32,000 nucleotides of DNA from Pseudodesulfovibrio mercurii (GCF_000189295.2 NC_016803.1:3240001-3272000); one strand, 5' to 3'; counted from the stretch's first letter, positions 10,419 to 18,843 are shown. Program-made: numbers and translations. Notes: generated by a model from the letters alone, not told the origin.

Positions 10419-10434
10419 TGGCATGTAACTTGGT
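10419..10434 (+). promoter_or_regulatory. Weak sigma54 (-24/-12)-like motif upstream of glnN
   Basis: TGGCAT-GTAAC-TTGGT compared with the consensus TGGCAC-N5-TTGC. The -24 GG is correct, but the -12 element reads GG instead of GC. It lies about 90 nt upstream of the glnN ATG in an AT-rich island. Confidence 0.2.
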
Positions 10435-10522
10435 ATAAACCGCGTCTAGACAACAAGGGTCAGGCGCCCTTTGGCCCGGCCGGACGCCGGAAAACCCATA
10501 TTCATGCCTGAAGGAGAATTAC

Positions 10523-12706
10523 ATGAGCGGATACCAGACTCGTCAGAACGCAATCAATGCGGTGACCAACTACAAACCCAGCATCGAGCCCCTGAATTTC
10601 GCGGAGACCTCCCCGGCGGAGATCTTCGGTTCCAACGTCTTCAACGACAAGGTCATGAAGGCCATGCTGCCCAGGGAGGTCTACAAATCCCTGATGAAGA
10701 CCAAACTGGCCGGCGAGAAGATGGATCCGTCCATCGCCGGACCCGTGGCCGCCGCCATGCGCGAGTGGGCCATGGCCAAGGGTGCGACCCATTACACCCA
10801 CGTCTTCTATCCGCTGACCGGCCTGACCGCCGAGAAGCATGACAGCTTCCTGAACCCCGACGGCGCCGGCGGGGCCATCGCCGAGTTCGAGGGCAAGCTC
10901 CTGATCCAGGGTGAGCCCGACGCCTCCTCCTTCCCGTCCGGCGGCCTGCGCGCCACCTTCGAAGCCCGCGGCTACACCGCCTGGGACGTGACCAACCCGG
11001 CCTACATCCTGGAGAACCCCAACGGCACCTTCCTGTGCATCCCGACCGCCTTCGTCTCCTGGAAAGGCCATGCCCTGGACAAGAAGACCCCGCTGCTGCG
11101 CGCCAACCAGGCCCTGAACAAGGCCGGCCGCCGCTTCCTCAAGCTGTTCGGCTCCGACGACGGCTCCCTGGTCGTGTCCAACGCCGGTCCGGAACAGGAA
11201 TACTTCCTGCTCGACCGCAACTTCTTCTTCGCCCGTCCCGACCTGATGGTCTGCGGCCGGACCCTGTTCGGCGCCAAGCCCTCCAAGGGCCAGGAGCTGG
11301 ACGACCACTACTTCGGCGCCATCCCGCGCCGCGTGCTCTCCTTCATGATGGAGGTCGAGCGTGAACTGTACAAGCTGGGCGTGCCGGTCAAGACCCGCCA
11401 CAACGAAGTGGCCCCCGGCCAGTTCGAGATCGCCCCGGTCTACGAGCAGTCCAACCTGGCCACCGACCACAACCAGATGGTCATGACCACCCTGAAGTCC
11501 GTGGCCAAGAAGCACGGCATGGCCTGCCTGCTGCACGAGAAGCCCTTCGCGGGCATCAACGGCTCCGGCAAGCACCTGAACTACTCCATCTCCACCTCCT
11601 CCCAGGGCTCCCTGTACTCCCCGGGCAACACCCCGCACAAGAACATGCAGTTCCTGGCGGTCACCGCGGCCACCATCCGCGCCGTGGAAAAATACGCCAA
11701 GCTGCTCCGCGCCGTGGTCGCCTCTGCGGGCAACGACCACCGTCTGGGCGCCAACGAAGCGCCCCCGGCCATCATCTCCATCTTCCTGGGCGAAGAACTG
11801 GCCGAGATCTTCAACCAGATCGAACTGGGCGACCTCAAGGGCTGCAAGGCCAAGGGCTGCCTCGAGATGGGCGTCGATTCCCTGCCCCCGCTGCCGCTGG
11901 ATTCCGGCGACCGCAACCGCACCTCTCCCTTCGCCTTCACCGGCAACCGCTTCGAGTTCCGCGCGGTCGGCTCCAACCAGTCCATCGCCGGCGCCCAGGT
12001 GGCCCTGAACACCATCCTGGCCGAGTCCCTGGACTTCATCACCGACGAGATCCTGAAGATCACCGGCGGCAAGAAGGCCGGTCTCAAGGAAGCCTGCCAG
12101 AAGGTCCTGCAGGGCATCATGAAGAAGCACGGCCACGTCATCTTCAACGGTGACGGCTACGCCGACGCATGGCAGAAGGAAGCCGCCAAGCGCGGTCTGC
12201 CCAACCTGAAGACCACCCCGGACGCCCTGCCCGCCATCATCGACAAGGAAGTGGTCGCGGTCTTCGAGAAGTACGGCGTCCTGTCCAAGGACGAGCTGCA
12301 CTCCCGCTACGAGATCTACCACGAGCAGTACTGCCAGCACATCGTCACCGAGTCCCTGCTGACCGTGAAGGTCGCCAAGACCATCATCCTGCCCTCGGCC
12401 ATCCGCTACCAGGGCGAACTGGCCCAGGTCGCCGCGTCCATCAAGGCCATCGGCATCGAGCCCCGGACCATCCTGCTCCAGGAAGTCACCGACAAGCTGC
12501 GTGACCTCCAGCAGAACATCGTGGCCCTGGAGAAGATCATCGCCAAGGACGACTTCAAGACCGTGGAAGAGGATGCCAAGTACAAGGTCGAAAAGACCCT
12601 GCCCGCCATGCTCGCCGTCCGCGAAGTGGTCGACGCCCTCGAAGGCATCGTGGCCGACGATCTGTGGCCCCTGCCCAGCTACCAGGAAATGCTCTTCATT
12701 AAGTAA
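10523..12706 (+). CDS. glnN: Glutamine synthetase type III
   Basis: 727 aa, the GSIII size class. The N-terminus ([23 protein letters not shown]) and the catalytic core ([59 protein letters not shown]) are hallmark GSIII segments. RBS AAGGAG lies 8 nt upstream. Confidence 0.95.
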   Translation: MSGYQTRQNAINAVTNYKPSIEPLNFAETSPAEIFGSNVFNDKVMKAMLPREVYKSLMKTKLAGEKMDPSIAGPVAAAMREWAMAKGATHYTHVFYPLTGLTAEKHDSFLNPDGAGGAIAEFEGKLLIQGEPDASSFPSGGLRATFEARGYTAWDVTNPAYILENPNGTFLCIPTAFVSWKGHALDKKTPLLRANQALNKAGRRFLKLFGSDDGSLVVSNAGPEQEYFLLDRNFFFARPDLMVCGRTLFGAKPSKGQELDDHYFGAIPRRVLSFMMEVERELYKLGVPVKTRHNEVAPGQFEIAPVYEQSNLATDHNQMVMTTLKSVAKKHGMACLLHEKPFAGINGSGKHLNYSISTSSQGSLYSPGNTPHKNMQFLAVTAATIRAVEKYAKLLRAVVASAGNDHRLGANEAPPAIISIFLGEELAEIFNQIELGDLKGCKAKGCLEMGVDSLPPLPLDSGDRNRTSPFAFTGNRFEFRAVGSNQSIAGAQVALNTILAESLDFITDEILKITGGKKAGLKEACQKVLQGIMKKHGHVIFNGDGYADAWQKEAAKRGLPNLKTTPDALPAIIDKEVVAVFEKYGVLSKDELHSRYEIYHEQYCQHIVTESLLTVKVAKTIILPSAIRYQGELAQVAASIKAIGIEPRTILLQEVTDKLRDLQQNIVALEKIIAKDDFKTVEEDAKYKVEKTLPAMLAVREVVDALEGIVADDLWPLPSYQEMLFIK

Positions 12707-12720
12707 GCGCGCTCCTGCCA

Positions 12721-12768
12721 AACGCAAAAACAAGGGTCCCGGCGATGCCGGGGCCCTTTTTTTGCGTT
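12721..12768 (+). terminator. Bidirectional rho-independent terminator after glnN
   Basis: AACGCAAAAA-CA-AGGGTCCCGGC-GATG-GCCGGGGCCCT-TTTTTGCGTT. It has a GC-rich 11-bp stem, a 4-nt loop, T7 downstream and A5 upstream, so the whole element is palindromic. Confidence 0.8.
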
Positions 12769-12806
12769 TGTCGGAGCGCGCCGCGGCTTCCGATAGCGGG
12801 CCATCC

Positions 12807-12885
12807 GCACATTTTTTCCGGGGGGCTTTCATCCTCACGTATGCCGCAATACGCTGCGGTGAAAGCCCCCCGGAAGAAAATGCAC
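12807..12885. repeat. Long imperfect inverted repeat (about 22-bp stem, 28-nt structured loop) in an intergenic region
   Basis: The left arm GCACATTTTTTCCGGGGGGCTTTCA (12807-12831) pairs with TGAAAGCCCCCCGGAAGAAAATGCAC (12860-12885). The pairing is 16 perfect bp, a 1-nt bulge, then 6 bp. The loop contains its own CGTAT/ATACG mini-hairpin. Confidence 0.7.
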
Positions 12886-12922
12886 GGCTGACCCACTCTC
12901 GAAAGCCTCGCTACATACGGTC

Positions 12923-13148
12923 GCGGGGGAGAGCCGCTGTCGGGTGCCTGTGGCACCCGAATCGCTCCAAAGAGAAGAGGGGGCGGTGCGTGTGGGGAGA
13001 GTTGCTGTCGGGTGGCTGCGCCGCCCGAATCGCCCGAAGGGGAGAGGGGGGGGACACGTGGAAAGCGCTGCTGTCGGGTGCCGGTGGCACCCGAGTCGCT
13101 CCAGGGGGGGAGGAGCCGGTGTGGGGGCCGGTGAAACCCGAGTCGGGG
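12923..13148. repeat. About 3.3 tandem copies of a 66-68 bp hairpin-containing intergenic repeat (REP-like)
   Basis: The GCTGTCGGGTG core starts at 12936, 13004 and 13070. Each unit reads G-rich spacer, GAG..GCTGTCGGGTGCCnGTGGCACCCGA(A/G)TCGC, then a purine-rich tail. Units 1 and 3 contain a perfect CGGGTGCC-N3-GGCACCCG hairpin. A partial fourth CCCGAGTCGGGG sits at 13138-13148, abutting the MscS stop. Confidence 0.8.
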
Positions 13149-14441
13149 CTAGTCCTGTTTGTCCTCGGGGGTGTTCAGCAGGCGGATTTCCCGTTGGGGG
13201 AAGGGGATGGTGATGTTGTTTTCCTTGAAGGAATCCCAGATGTTGAAGAGGACTTCGCTCTTGACGTTGCCCACGCCGCAGTTGGCGTCCGAGATCCAGA
13301 CGCACAGTTCCATGTCGATGGACGAGTCCCCGAATCCGGCCAGGCGGGCCTTGGGCTCGGGAATCTTGAGGATGCGGCTGGTCCGTGAGGCCGCCTCTTC
13401 CAGGAGGGTCTTGACCTGGTGCGGATCGGATTCATACGACACGCCCACCGGGATGATCAGGCGGATGTCCTTGTTGGAATACGTCCAGTTGACCACCTCG
13501 TTGGTGATCATCCGCTCGTTGGGGATGAGGTATTCCTTCCCGTCCCTGGTCAACACCGAGGCGTAGCGGGCGAACATGTGGTGGACCGTGCCGAAGACCC
13601 CGCCCACCTCGATGGTGTCGCCGGGCTTGATGGACTTGTCGGCCAACAGGAGGATGCCCGCTATGTAATTGGAAAAGATGGTTTTCAGCCCGAAGCCGAC
13701 ACCCACGCCCACGGCGCTCGAAAAGATGGCGAAGCTGGTCAGGTCGATGCCCACGCTGGACATGGCCAGCAGCAGTGCGGCGGTGTACAGGACGACGTTG
13801 ACCAACTTGCCGGTGAGCACCTGGAGAGAGGGCGACAGCCCGGTGCTCGTCCGGATCCACCGGGCCACGAGCCGGGAGACGGCCGAGGCGATCTGGAGGC
13901 AGAGGACGGCCAGGAACACGCCCTTGATGGCCCCGTACAGGGAGATGGCCGTGCCGCCCACGGACAGGGTCAGCCCCTGGAGGTAGGCGGTCAGGGGGGC
14001 CTGGAGCCCGCAGACCTGGAGCAGGGCCATGAGCCAGATGAGCACGGCCACGAGCCTGGACAGGACGCGGTTGGGGATGAGCAGGGTCAGCAGCCGGATG
14101 GCCACCCAGGCCAGGGCCAGGTCGCTGGCCGCGAACATCCAGCGCGGAAAGTGATCCAGGAGCACGGACAGGCCGATGCAGACCTGGGCGAAGGCCACGA
14201 AGGCCAGGCTGGCGCCCACCCCGGTGGGGGCGAGAATCAGGGAGCGCACGACCTCGTTGCGCACGGAGCGCCCGATCCAGGCCACGAACCTCGGCCGGGT
14301 GAACCTGCCGAGCACATAGGCCCCGGCCAGGCCCGCGACGATGCACGACCACTCCACGGCCGCGTGGACCGTCAGCAGGTTCACCTGCAACCACTCGATC
14401 ACCTGGTTGTAATAGTATTCGATACCCGGCTCCATGGGCAT
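13149..14441 (-). CDS. Mechanosensitive ion channel, MscS family, with extended N-terminal membrane domain
   Basis: Multiple TM helices are followed by the MscS signature region NYIAGILLLADKSIKPGDTIEVGGVFGTVHHMFARYASVLTRDGKEYLIPNERMITNEVVNWT. RBS spacing favours the ATG at 14435 slightly (GGAAGGA is 6 nt upstream) over 14441. Confidence 0.9.
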   Translation of the reverse strand: MPMEPGIEYYYNQVIEWLQVNLLTVHAAVEWSCIVAGLAGAYVLGRFTRPRFVAWIGRSVRNEVVRSLILAPTGVGASLAFVAFAQVCIGLSVLLDHFPRWMFAASDLALAWVAIRLLTLLIPNRVLSRLVAVLIWLMALLQVCGLQAPLTAYLQGLTLSVGGTAISLYGAIKGVFLAVLCLQIASAVSRLVARWIRTSTGLSPSLQVLTGKLVNVVLYTAALLLAMSSVGIDLTSFAIFSSAVGVGVGFGLKTIFSNYIAGILLLADKSIKPGDTIEVGGVFGTVHHMFARYASVLTRDGKEYLIPNERMITNEVVNWTYSNKDIRLIIPVGVSYESDPHQVKTLLEEAASRTSRILKIPEPKARLAGFGDSSIDMELCVWISDANCGVGNVKSEVLFNIWDSFKENNITIPFPQREIRLLNTPEDKQD

Positions 14442-14457
14442 TCCTTCCGGCGTCAGC

Positions 14458-14955
14458 CTATTGTATCTCGCACAGGTATTCCTGGATGGACTCGTTGCCC
14501 TTGGCGTCCGCGATCTTGATCTCGAGCTTGAACCGGCCCGAGGGGATCTCCACGTTGTCGGCCTTGATGGCGTTCCCTTCGAGATAGGGGGCCAGCCGGT
14601 CGGTCAGGTTCTTGGAGAACCAGCCCTTGCACGCCCGGATGTTAAGGGTCTTCATGTCCACCCGGGCCACGCCGTCCTGGAACAGGATGAGCAGGCGCAG
14701 CCTGGACGGCGACTCGATGACCAGCCCGTTGTCGGTGTCCTTGACCGAGGGCGTCTCGAACACGATCTTCGGGCCCACGCCGAAGCCGATGCCCTTGGAG
14801 GCCACGCCCTGCGCCCATTCGGCGTCGTCCAGGGCGAGGTCCTTGGCCTCTTCCGCCGAGAACAGGGTGAGGGGACCGGCGACGGAGATGGAAGGAAGGG
14901 CCAGCACAACGGCCAGCAGGCTCGCGGCCAGGAAAATATGGATTGCCTTGTTCAT
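14458..14955 (-). CDS. Secreted hypothetical protein (signal peptide, predicted beta-rich)
   Basis: MNKAIHIFLAASLLAVVLALPSISVAGP is a signal peptide. RBS GGAGGG lies 5 nt upstream and overlaps the stop of the preceding gene. GC3 is coding-like. I recognise no family. Confidence 0.7.
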   Translation of the reverse strand: MNKAIHIFLAASLLAVVLALPSISVAGPLTLFSAEEAKDLALDDAEWAQGVASKGIGFGVGPKIVFETPSVKDTDNGLVIESPSRLRLLILFQDGVARVDMKTLNIRACKGWFSKNLTDRLAPYLEGNAIKADNVEIPSGRFKLEIKIADAKGNESIQEYLCEIQ

Positions 14956-14965
14956 GATATCCCTC

Positions 14966-15448
14966 CTAGTTGTCGGATTGGGTCTGTTCCTTGCGCTCGA
15001 AGACCACCTTGTCGATGATCCCGTTGCCCTTCTGGTAGAAGACCAGCGCGTTGTAGTCCTCCACCGGGGAATACAGGGCGATGTCCTTGAGGTAGTCGTA
15101 GGCGGCCACGAGCATGGACAGGACCTCGGAGAAGACGCCCTTGTCCTGGCTCACGGGCACGAGCTTCACGCTCCCGCCGTACTCCGCGACCTTGGAAAAC
15201 CAGTTGTCCAGCCGCTTGGGGATGGAGTTCAGGGTGATGGCCGCCGGAAAGACCAGGGTCACCGCGGGGTAGTCCCCGGCCAGGCTGGCGGACAGCTGCT
15301 TGTCGAAACTCGCGGAGTCGAAGAACTCCACCTGTTCCAGGGGCTCGATGACGGCCGGATGCTTTTTGGGGGCGCAGGCGGCCAGCAGGGCGGCGCAGAG
15401 CAGGACGGCCGCGGCCAGGGACATGAATGTCTTCGTCGTATGGAACAT
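14966..15448 (-). CDS. Hypothetical lipoprotein
   Basis: Lipobox LLAACA (Cys in AALLAAC|APKK) follows a hydrophobic leader. GGAGGAG lies upstream of the ATG at 15448. The gene starts 50 nt downstream of the caspase gene stop. I recognise no family. Confidence 0.7.
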   Translation of the reverse strand: MFHTTKTFMSLAAAVLLCAALLAACAPKKHPAVIEPLEQVEFFDSASFDKQLSASLAGDYPAVTLVFPAAITLNSIPKRLDNWFSKVAEYGGSVKLVPVSQDKGVFSEVLSMLVAAYDYLKDIALYSPVEDYNALVFYQKGNGIIDKVVFERKEQTQSDN

Positions 15449-15498
15449 GGCTCCTCCGTGGGGCTTGGGCGATGTGTCGGTGATGGGCGCCGTGGCGG

Positions 15499-16890
15499 TT
15501 ACCTGATCTTGAGCAGGACGATGCCGGCCCCGTAGGGCTTGCTTTCGGGGCGGGCCGGTTGGGCCGGTTGCGCCGTTTCCGCTTCGGGCTTCTCCTGGGC
15601 GTCGATCACGACGAAGCCGCGCGTGGAGGCCTGGTCCATGGTCCGGAACGCGCCGTCCCCGTACCCCTGACGGTAGAAGTTCACCGGGAACGGGGAGTGG
15701 AAGACCGCGATGAGCGCCTTGCCCGCGGGCGGGGCGGCGGCCAGCTCGAAGGCGTCGCCCTGCGCGGGGATGGCCACGGTCAGGCCCGCCTTGACCAGGT
15801 TCTCGGGATGGAACTTGTTGGGGAAGAGGATGGTGGGCGCCTTGTCGCCGGGCTGGATGGTGACCACGTTGAGGTAGCCGTCGGTCCGGGGGGTGCAGGT
15901 GATGCGTAGCGGATCGCCGACCTTGAAGACCGTGCCGTTGGTCCCGACCTTGACGTCATAGGCGGCGTGGCCCGCGATCTTGCGGATCTGGGTGATCCAG
16001 TCCTCGGGCGCGGCCTCCTTCGGGACGAAGAGATTCTTTTCGTTGTGGGCGGCGTCGCCCACCAGGGCCGGGCTGTAGACCATGGCCGGTTCGGGCACGA
16101 CGTCCGCTATGTACCGGGTGGTCTCGGCGTAGAGCTTGGACATGTCCAGGCGCCGGTCCTTGGCCGCCTGCTCGACCGCCCGCTCGATACCCAGGGTGAA
16201 GAAGCTGCCCTTGGTGGAGGCCTGGGCCCGCTGGTTGTCCTGGGCGGCGCTCAGGGCCGAATAGTTGAGCGGCTCGGCCGTGTCCATGGACTTGTTGAAC
16301 AGGGGCAGGGACCGGCTGGCCCTCGGCATGCCCGGATATTCAAGGAACTTGGGCACGATGCCCGCGTGCCGGGCGGTCAGGCTCCGGGTGGCGGTGCCGC
16401 TGTGGCAGGCGTCGATGAGAATGAAGACGTTGGCGGAACGCATGCGCTTGAGCATGTCGCGGAACATGTCGTCCACCAGGACGTTCTTGAGCGTGTTCAC
16501 CCCGAGGGCCACGTCGTTGCAGACCAGGACCTCGTCCGCGTTGTCGGTTTCGTCCTTGTCCTTATCGTATATCTGCGAGCCGTGCCCGCTGAAATAGAAC
16601 AGGGCGCGTTCGTCGGGGCCCACGCCGGCGATGAGCCACTCGTCCACGGCGGCCTGGATGTTCTTGAGCGTGGCCTGGTCGTCCGTCAGGACCCTGATGT
16701 TTTCCGGCTTGTACCCGAGGGTCAGGGCGACCTTGCGCATGGTCTCGACATCCTTGTCGATACCGGGCAGGTCGATGCCCTTCATCCGGTATTTGCCGAT
16801 GCCGATGAGCAGGGCCTTGTCGGCTGCGTTGGCGGGTGTTGCGGGGAGGATCAGGAGGCAGAGAACAATGAAGAGAAGCAGTCGTTTCAT
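15499..16890 (-). CDS. Exported caspase-like peptidase (C14 family) with C-terminal DUF4384-like domain (paralogue 1)
   Basis: Start reassigned to MKRLLLFIVLCLLILPATPANA (signal peptide). Motifs: ALLIGIGKY, catalytic His in YFSGHGSQ, catalytic Cys in LIDACHSGT. The C-terminal VGDPLRITCTPRTDGYLNVVTIQPGDKAPTILFPNKF...AIPAQGDAFELAAAPPAGKALIAVF fits the DUF4384 pattern as I remember it. Confidence 0.9.
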   Translation of the reverse strand: MKRLLLFIVLCLLILPATPANAADKALLIGIGKYRMKGIDLPGIDKDVETMRKVALTLGYKPENIRVLTDDQATLKNIQAAVDEWLIAGVGPDERALFYFSGHGSQIYDKDKDETDNADEVLVCNDVALGVNTLKNVLVDDMFRDMLKRMRSANVFILIDACHSGTATRSLTARHAGIVPKFLEYPGMPRASRSLPLFNKSMDTAEPLNYSALSAAQDNQRAQASTKGSFFTLGIERAVEQAAKDRRLDMSKLYAETTRYIADVVPEPAMVYSPALVGDAAHNEKNLFVPKEAAPEDWITQIRKIAGHAAYDVKVGTNGTVFKVGDPLRITCTPRTDGYLNVVTIQPGDKAPTILFPNKFHPENLVKAGLTVAIPAQGDAFELAAAPPAGKALIAVFHSPFPVNFYRQGYGDGAFRTMDQASTRGFVVIDAQEKPEAETAQPAQPARPESKPYGAGIVLLKIR

Positions 16891-17087
16891 GGCGTGGTGG
16901 CCCTTTAAAAAATTGTTAACAAAAATAATTTCATAGAATGCATCAATAATCAATACCGCGTTGCTCGTCATAATGAGACGGACAGGTGAGGATTTTTTTC
17001 CGCAGGTGACCTTTTTCCCCACGGGTTGCGTAACGCGAGACAACCCGCTATCTCTACGGACGGGGAAAAACTGTCTGCAAATCAGGG
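16891..17087. promoter_or_regulatory. Divergent control region between the caspase-1 operon and the sigma operon
   Basis: An AT-rich stretch (16905-16960) stands out in a GC-rich genome. A direct repeat CAGGTGA-NN(N)-T5-7 occurs at 16983 and 17003, exactly 20 bp apart. An inverted repeat CGGGTTG-N12-CAACCCG lies at 17022-17047, 41 nt upstream of the sigma ATG. I could not assign any promoter hexamers with confidence. Confidence 0.3.
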
Positions 17088-17939
17088 ATGTTCACGCCTG
17101 TGAAGTGGAAAGACGAGATGTTGGCGAATTGGGAAAGGCTGGCCGCGTTGTCGCGCAGGCGCTTTTCCGACGAGAATCTGGCCGATGAGGCCCTGCTCTA
17201 CGTCTCGGGCGAGCTGGAGCGGGACGACTGGAAGCGGCTCAGGTCCTTCGAGGGGCGGTCCAGCTTCGGTTCGTACCTGCTGCACGTCGCCGCCCGGCTG
17301 CTGGAGGATTTTTCGCGGAAAAAGTTCGGCAGGGTCCGTCCCAACAAGTGGGTCCTTGAGCGGGGCGGCATCTGGCTGACCCTGTTCAGGATGCTCTGCC
17401 TGGAACGGCAGGACGGCGAGCGGGTGGCGGACGTCCTGGCGGCGGGCGCGCCCGGCGGGCGGTCCAGGGACTTTGTGCGCAGGGCCGTGGTGGACATCCG
17501 GGTGCACGTGCCCGACTGCGGCAGGTCCACCCTGCCCCTGGCCGCCGACGGAGTGTCCGTGGACGACCTGCCCGGCGACGGCCAAGCGGCCGGGACCGGC
17601 AATCCGGCAGCAGACCTGAGCGGACGGCAGCGGGAGAGCGTCCTGGCCAGCCTGTCCTGGATGGTGGGCGACGAACTCGCCCCGGAGAACGGGGCGGCCA
17701 CCCGCCTGGCGGACAAGGTCGCGGACGCGGGCCGGACCCTGCGGCTCGACGCGGAGGACCGGCTGTTCCTGAAGATGATCTACCGCGAGGGCATGAACGT
17801 CAGCGCGGCGGGCCGGATGCTCGAATGGTCGGCGTCCCGGTCGCACAGCCGGTTGAAGTCGCTGTTGCGGGAGCTCCGGGAGGCCTTTGACGGCGCGGGC
17901 ATCGGCGAGGAAATTTTCGCCCTGATAACGAATGCATAG
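17088..17939 (+). CDS. Divergent ECF-like sigma-70 family sigma factor with a long insert between regions 2 and 4
   Basis: Region-2-like: FEGRSSFGSYLLHVAARLLEDFSRKKFG. Region-4-like HTH: LDAEDRLFLKMIYREGMNVSAAGRMLEWSASRSHSRLKSLLRELREAF. About 100 aa separate them, making the protein (283 aa) longer than typical ECFs. An anti-sigma gene follows. An alternative start lies at 17118. Confidence 0.65.
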   Translation: MFTPVKWKDEMLANWERLAALSRRRFSDENLADEALLYVSGELERDDWKRLRSFEGRSSFGSYLLHVAARLLEDFSRKKFGRVRPNKWVLERGGIWLTLFRMLCLERQDGERVADVLAAGAPGGRSRDFVRRAVVDIRVHVPDCGRSTLPLAADGVSVDDLPGDGQAAGTGNPAADLSGRQRESVLASLSWMVGDELAPENGAATRLADKVADAGRTLRLDAEDRLFLKMIYREGMNVSAAGRMLEWSASRSHSRLKSLLRELREAFDGAGIGEEIFALITNA

Positions 17940-17946
17940 GACAAAG

Positions 17947-18843
17947 ATGCAGAGGACGAATCGGCATATGGCGCACCATCTGAGCGACGAACAACTGGCC
18001 GAACTGGGTCTGGCCGCGACGGAAGGAACCGGGCATCCCGGCCCCTGCCCGTCCGCCGAGGATCTGGCCGCACTGCGGGAGGGCCGCCTGGACGCGGCCC
18101 GCCGGGCCGAAATCCTGGCCCATCTCGACGGTTGCGCCGAATGCGTGGCCCGGTGGCTGGCCGTGTCGTCGGTGGACGCATCCTCGGAGGACGCGCCGGA
18201 GCGGGCCGTCCCGGCCCCCAGGGCCGTGTCGCCGGTCTTTGTCCGGACCGTGGCCGTGATTGCGGCCGTTGCCGCCTGCGTGTTTTTCGTCATCCGTCTC
18301 TTTCCCCCGAGCGGGGGCGGGCCGGACTTCGCGCGCTCCGTGGACGCCGGGTACCGGCTCGTGCTGGACGATCCCCGGTTGTACGCCGCCCTGAGCGGCC
18401 CGGTCCGGGAGCTGGCCGCGTCCGGCGGGGTGCGGTCCGCCGGGACCCCGGCCGAAGGCGCGTTCGAGGCCGGGTGGGCGGCGGGCCTGGCCGCGCTGGG
18501 CCGGGGCAGGGAAGGGGTTGCCGCGCCTTCCGGCAACGCGCGCGCGGAGTACGTCTTTGCGGCGGGACGGTGGAGCGTCCTGGTTCATGCGGCGCTGGAC
18601 GCGGAGGTCCCGTCCGGCGGGAATTTCTGGAAGGAGCAGGCGCGGACCGCCGGGCTGTTCCAGGAGCGGACGGCCGCGCTCGCGCCTGGGGACGAGACCC
18701 GGCACCGGGCCCTGTGGGGGGACCTGGCGGCGGTCCTGGACCGTCTGGCCGACGGTTCCGCCACGGCGCGGGACCGGGACCGGCTGTGCAGGCTCCTGGG
18801 CGGGCTCGGTCGGGTCATGGGGGAATCGGACCTCGGCGCCTGA
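17947..18843 (+). CDS. Zinc-binding (ZAS-type) anti-sigma factor, single-pass membrane protein with periplasmic domain
   Basis: HLDGCAECV matches the H-x3-C-x2-C motif. It is followed by a TM segment (VFVRTVAVIAAVAACVFFVI) and an Ala/Gly-rich extracytoplasmic domain of about 190 aa. In-frame starts exist at 17932, 17947 (AGGA 5 nt upstream) and 17968, so the exact start is uncertain. Confidence 0.7.
   Translation: MQRTNRHMAHHLSDEQLAELGLAATEGTGHPGPCPSAEDLAALREGRLDAARRAEILAHLDGCAECVARWLAVSSVDASSEDAPERAVPAPRAVSPVFVRTVAVIAAVAACVFFVIRLFPPSGGGPDFARSVDAGYRLVLDDPRLYAALSGPVRELAASGGVRSAGTPAEGAFEAGWAAGLAALGRGREGVAAPSGNARAEYVFAAGRWSVLVHAALDAEVPSGGNFWKEQARTAGLFQERTAALAPGDETRHRALWGDLAAVLDRLADGSATARDRDRLCRLLGGLGRVMGESDLGA

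Noticed and set aside
10208-10511. ORFs of 76 aa and 74 aa in the AT-rich region upstream of glnN
   Set aside because: Their codon usage is completely unlike neighbouring genes (AT-rich third positions). They overlap each other, have no RBS, and occupy the expected glnN promoter/leader region.
12923-13148. Possible CRISPR array
   Set aside because: Only about 3 units are present. The repeat and 'spacer' parts are both conserved between units, so this is a true tandem duplication with a 66-68 bp period. The spacer portions are purine-rich low complexity, and no cas genes lie nearby.
14458-15448. Whether the two small proteins downstream of caspase paralogue 1 are gasdermin-like pore-forming substrates
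   Set aside because: They are only 160-165 aa, which to my knowledge is shorter than bacterial gasdermins. They carry a lipobox or signal peptide, so they are exported rather than cytoplasmic. I see no gasdermin-like sequence features. They are kept only as 'unknown partners'.
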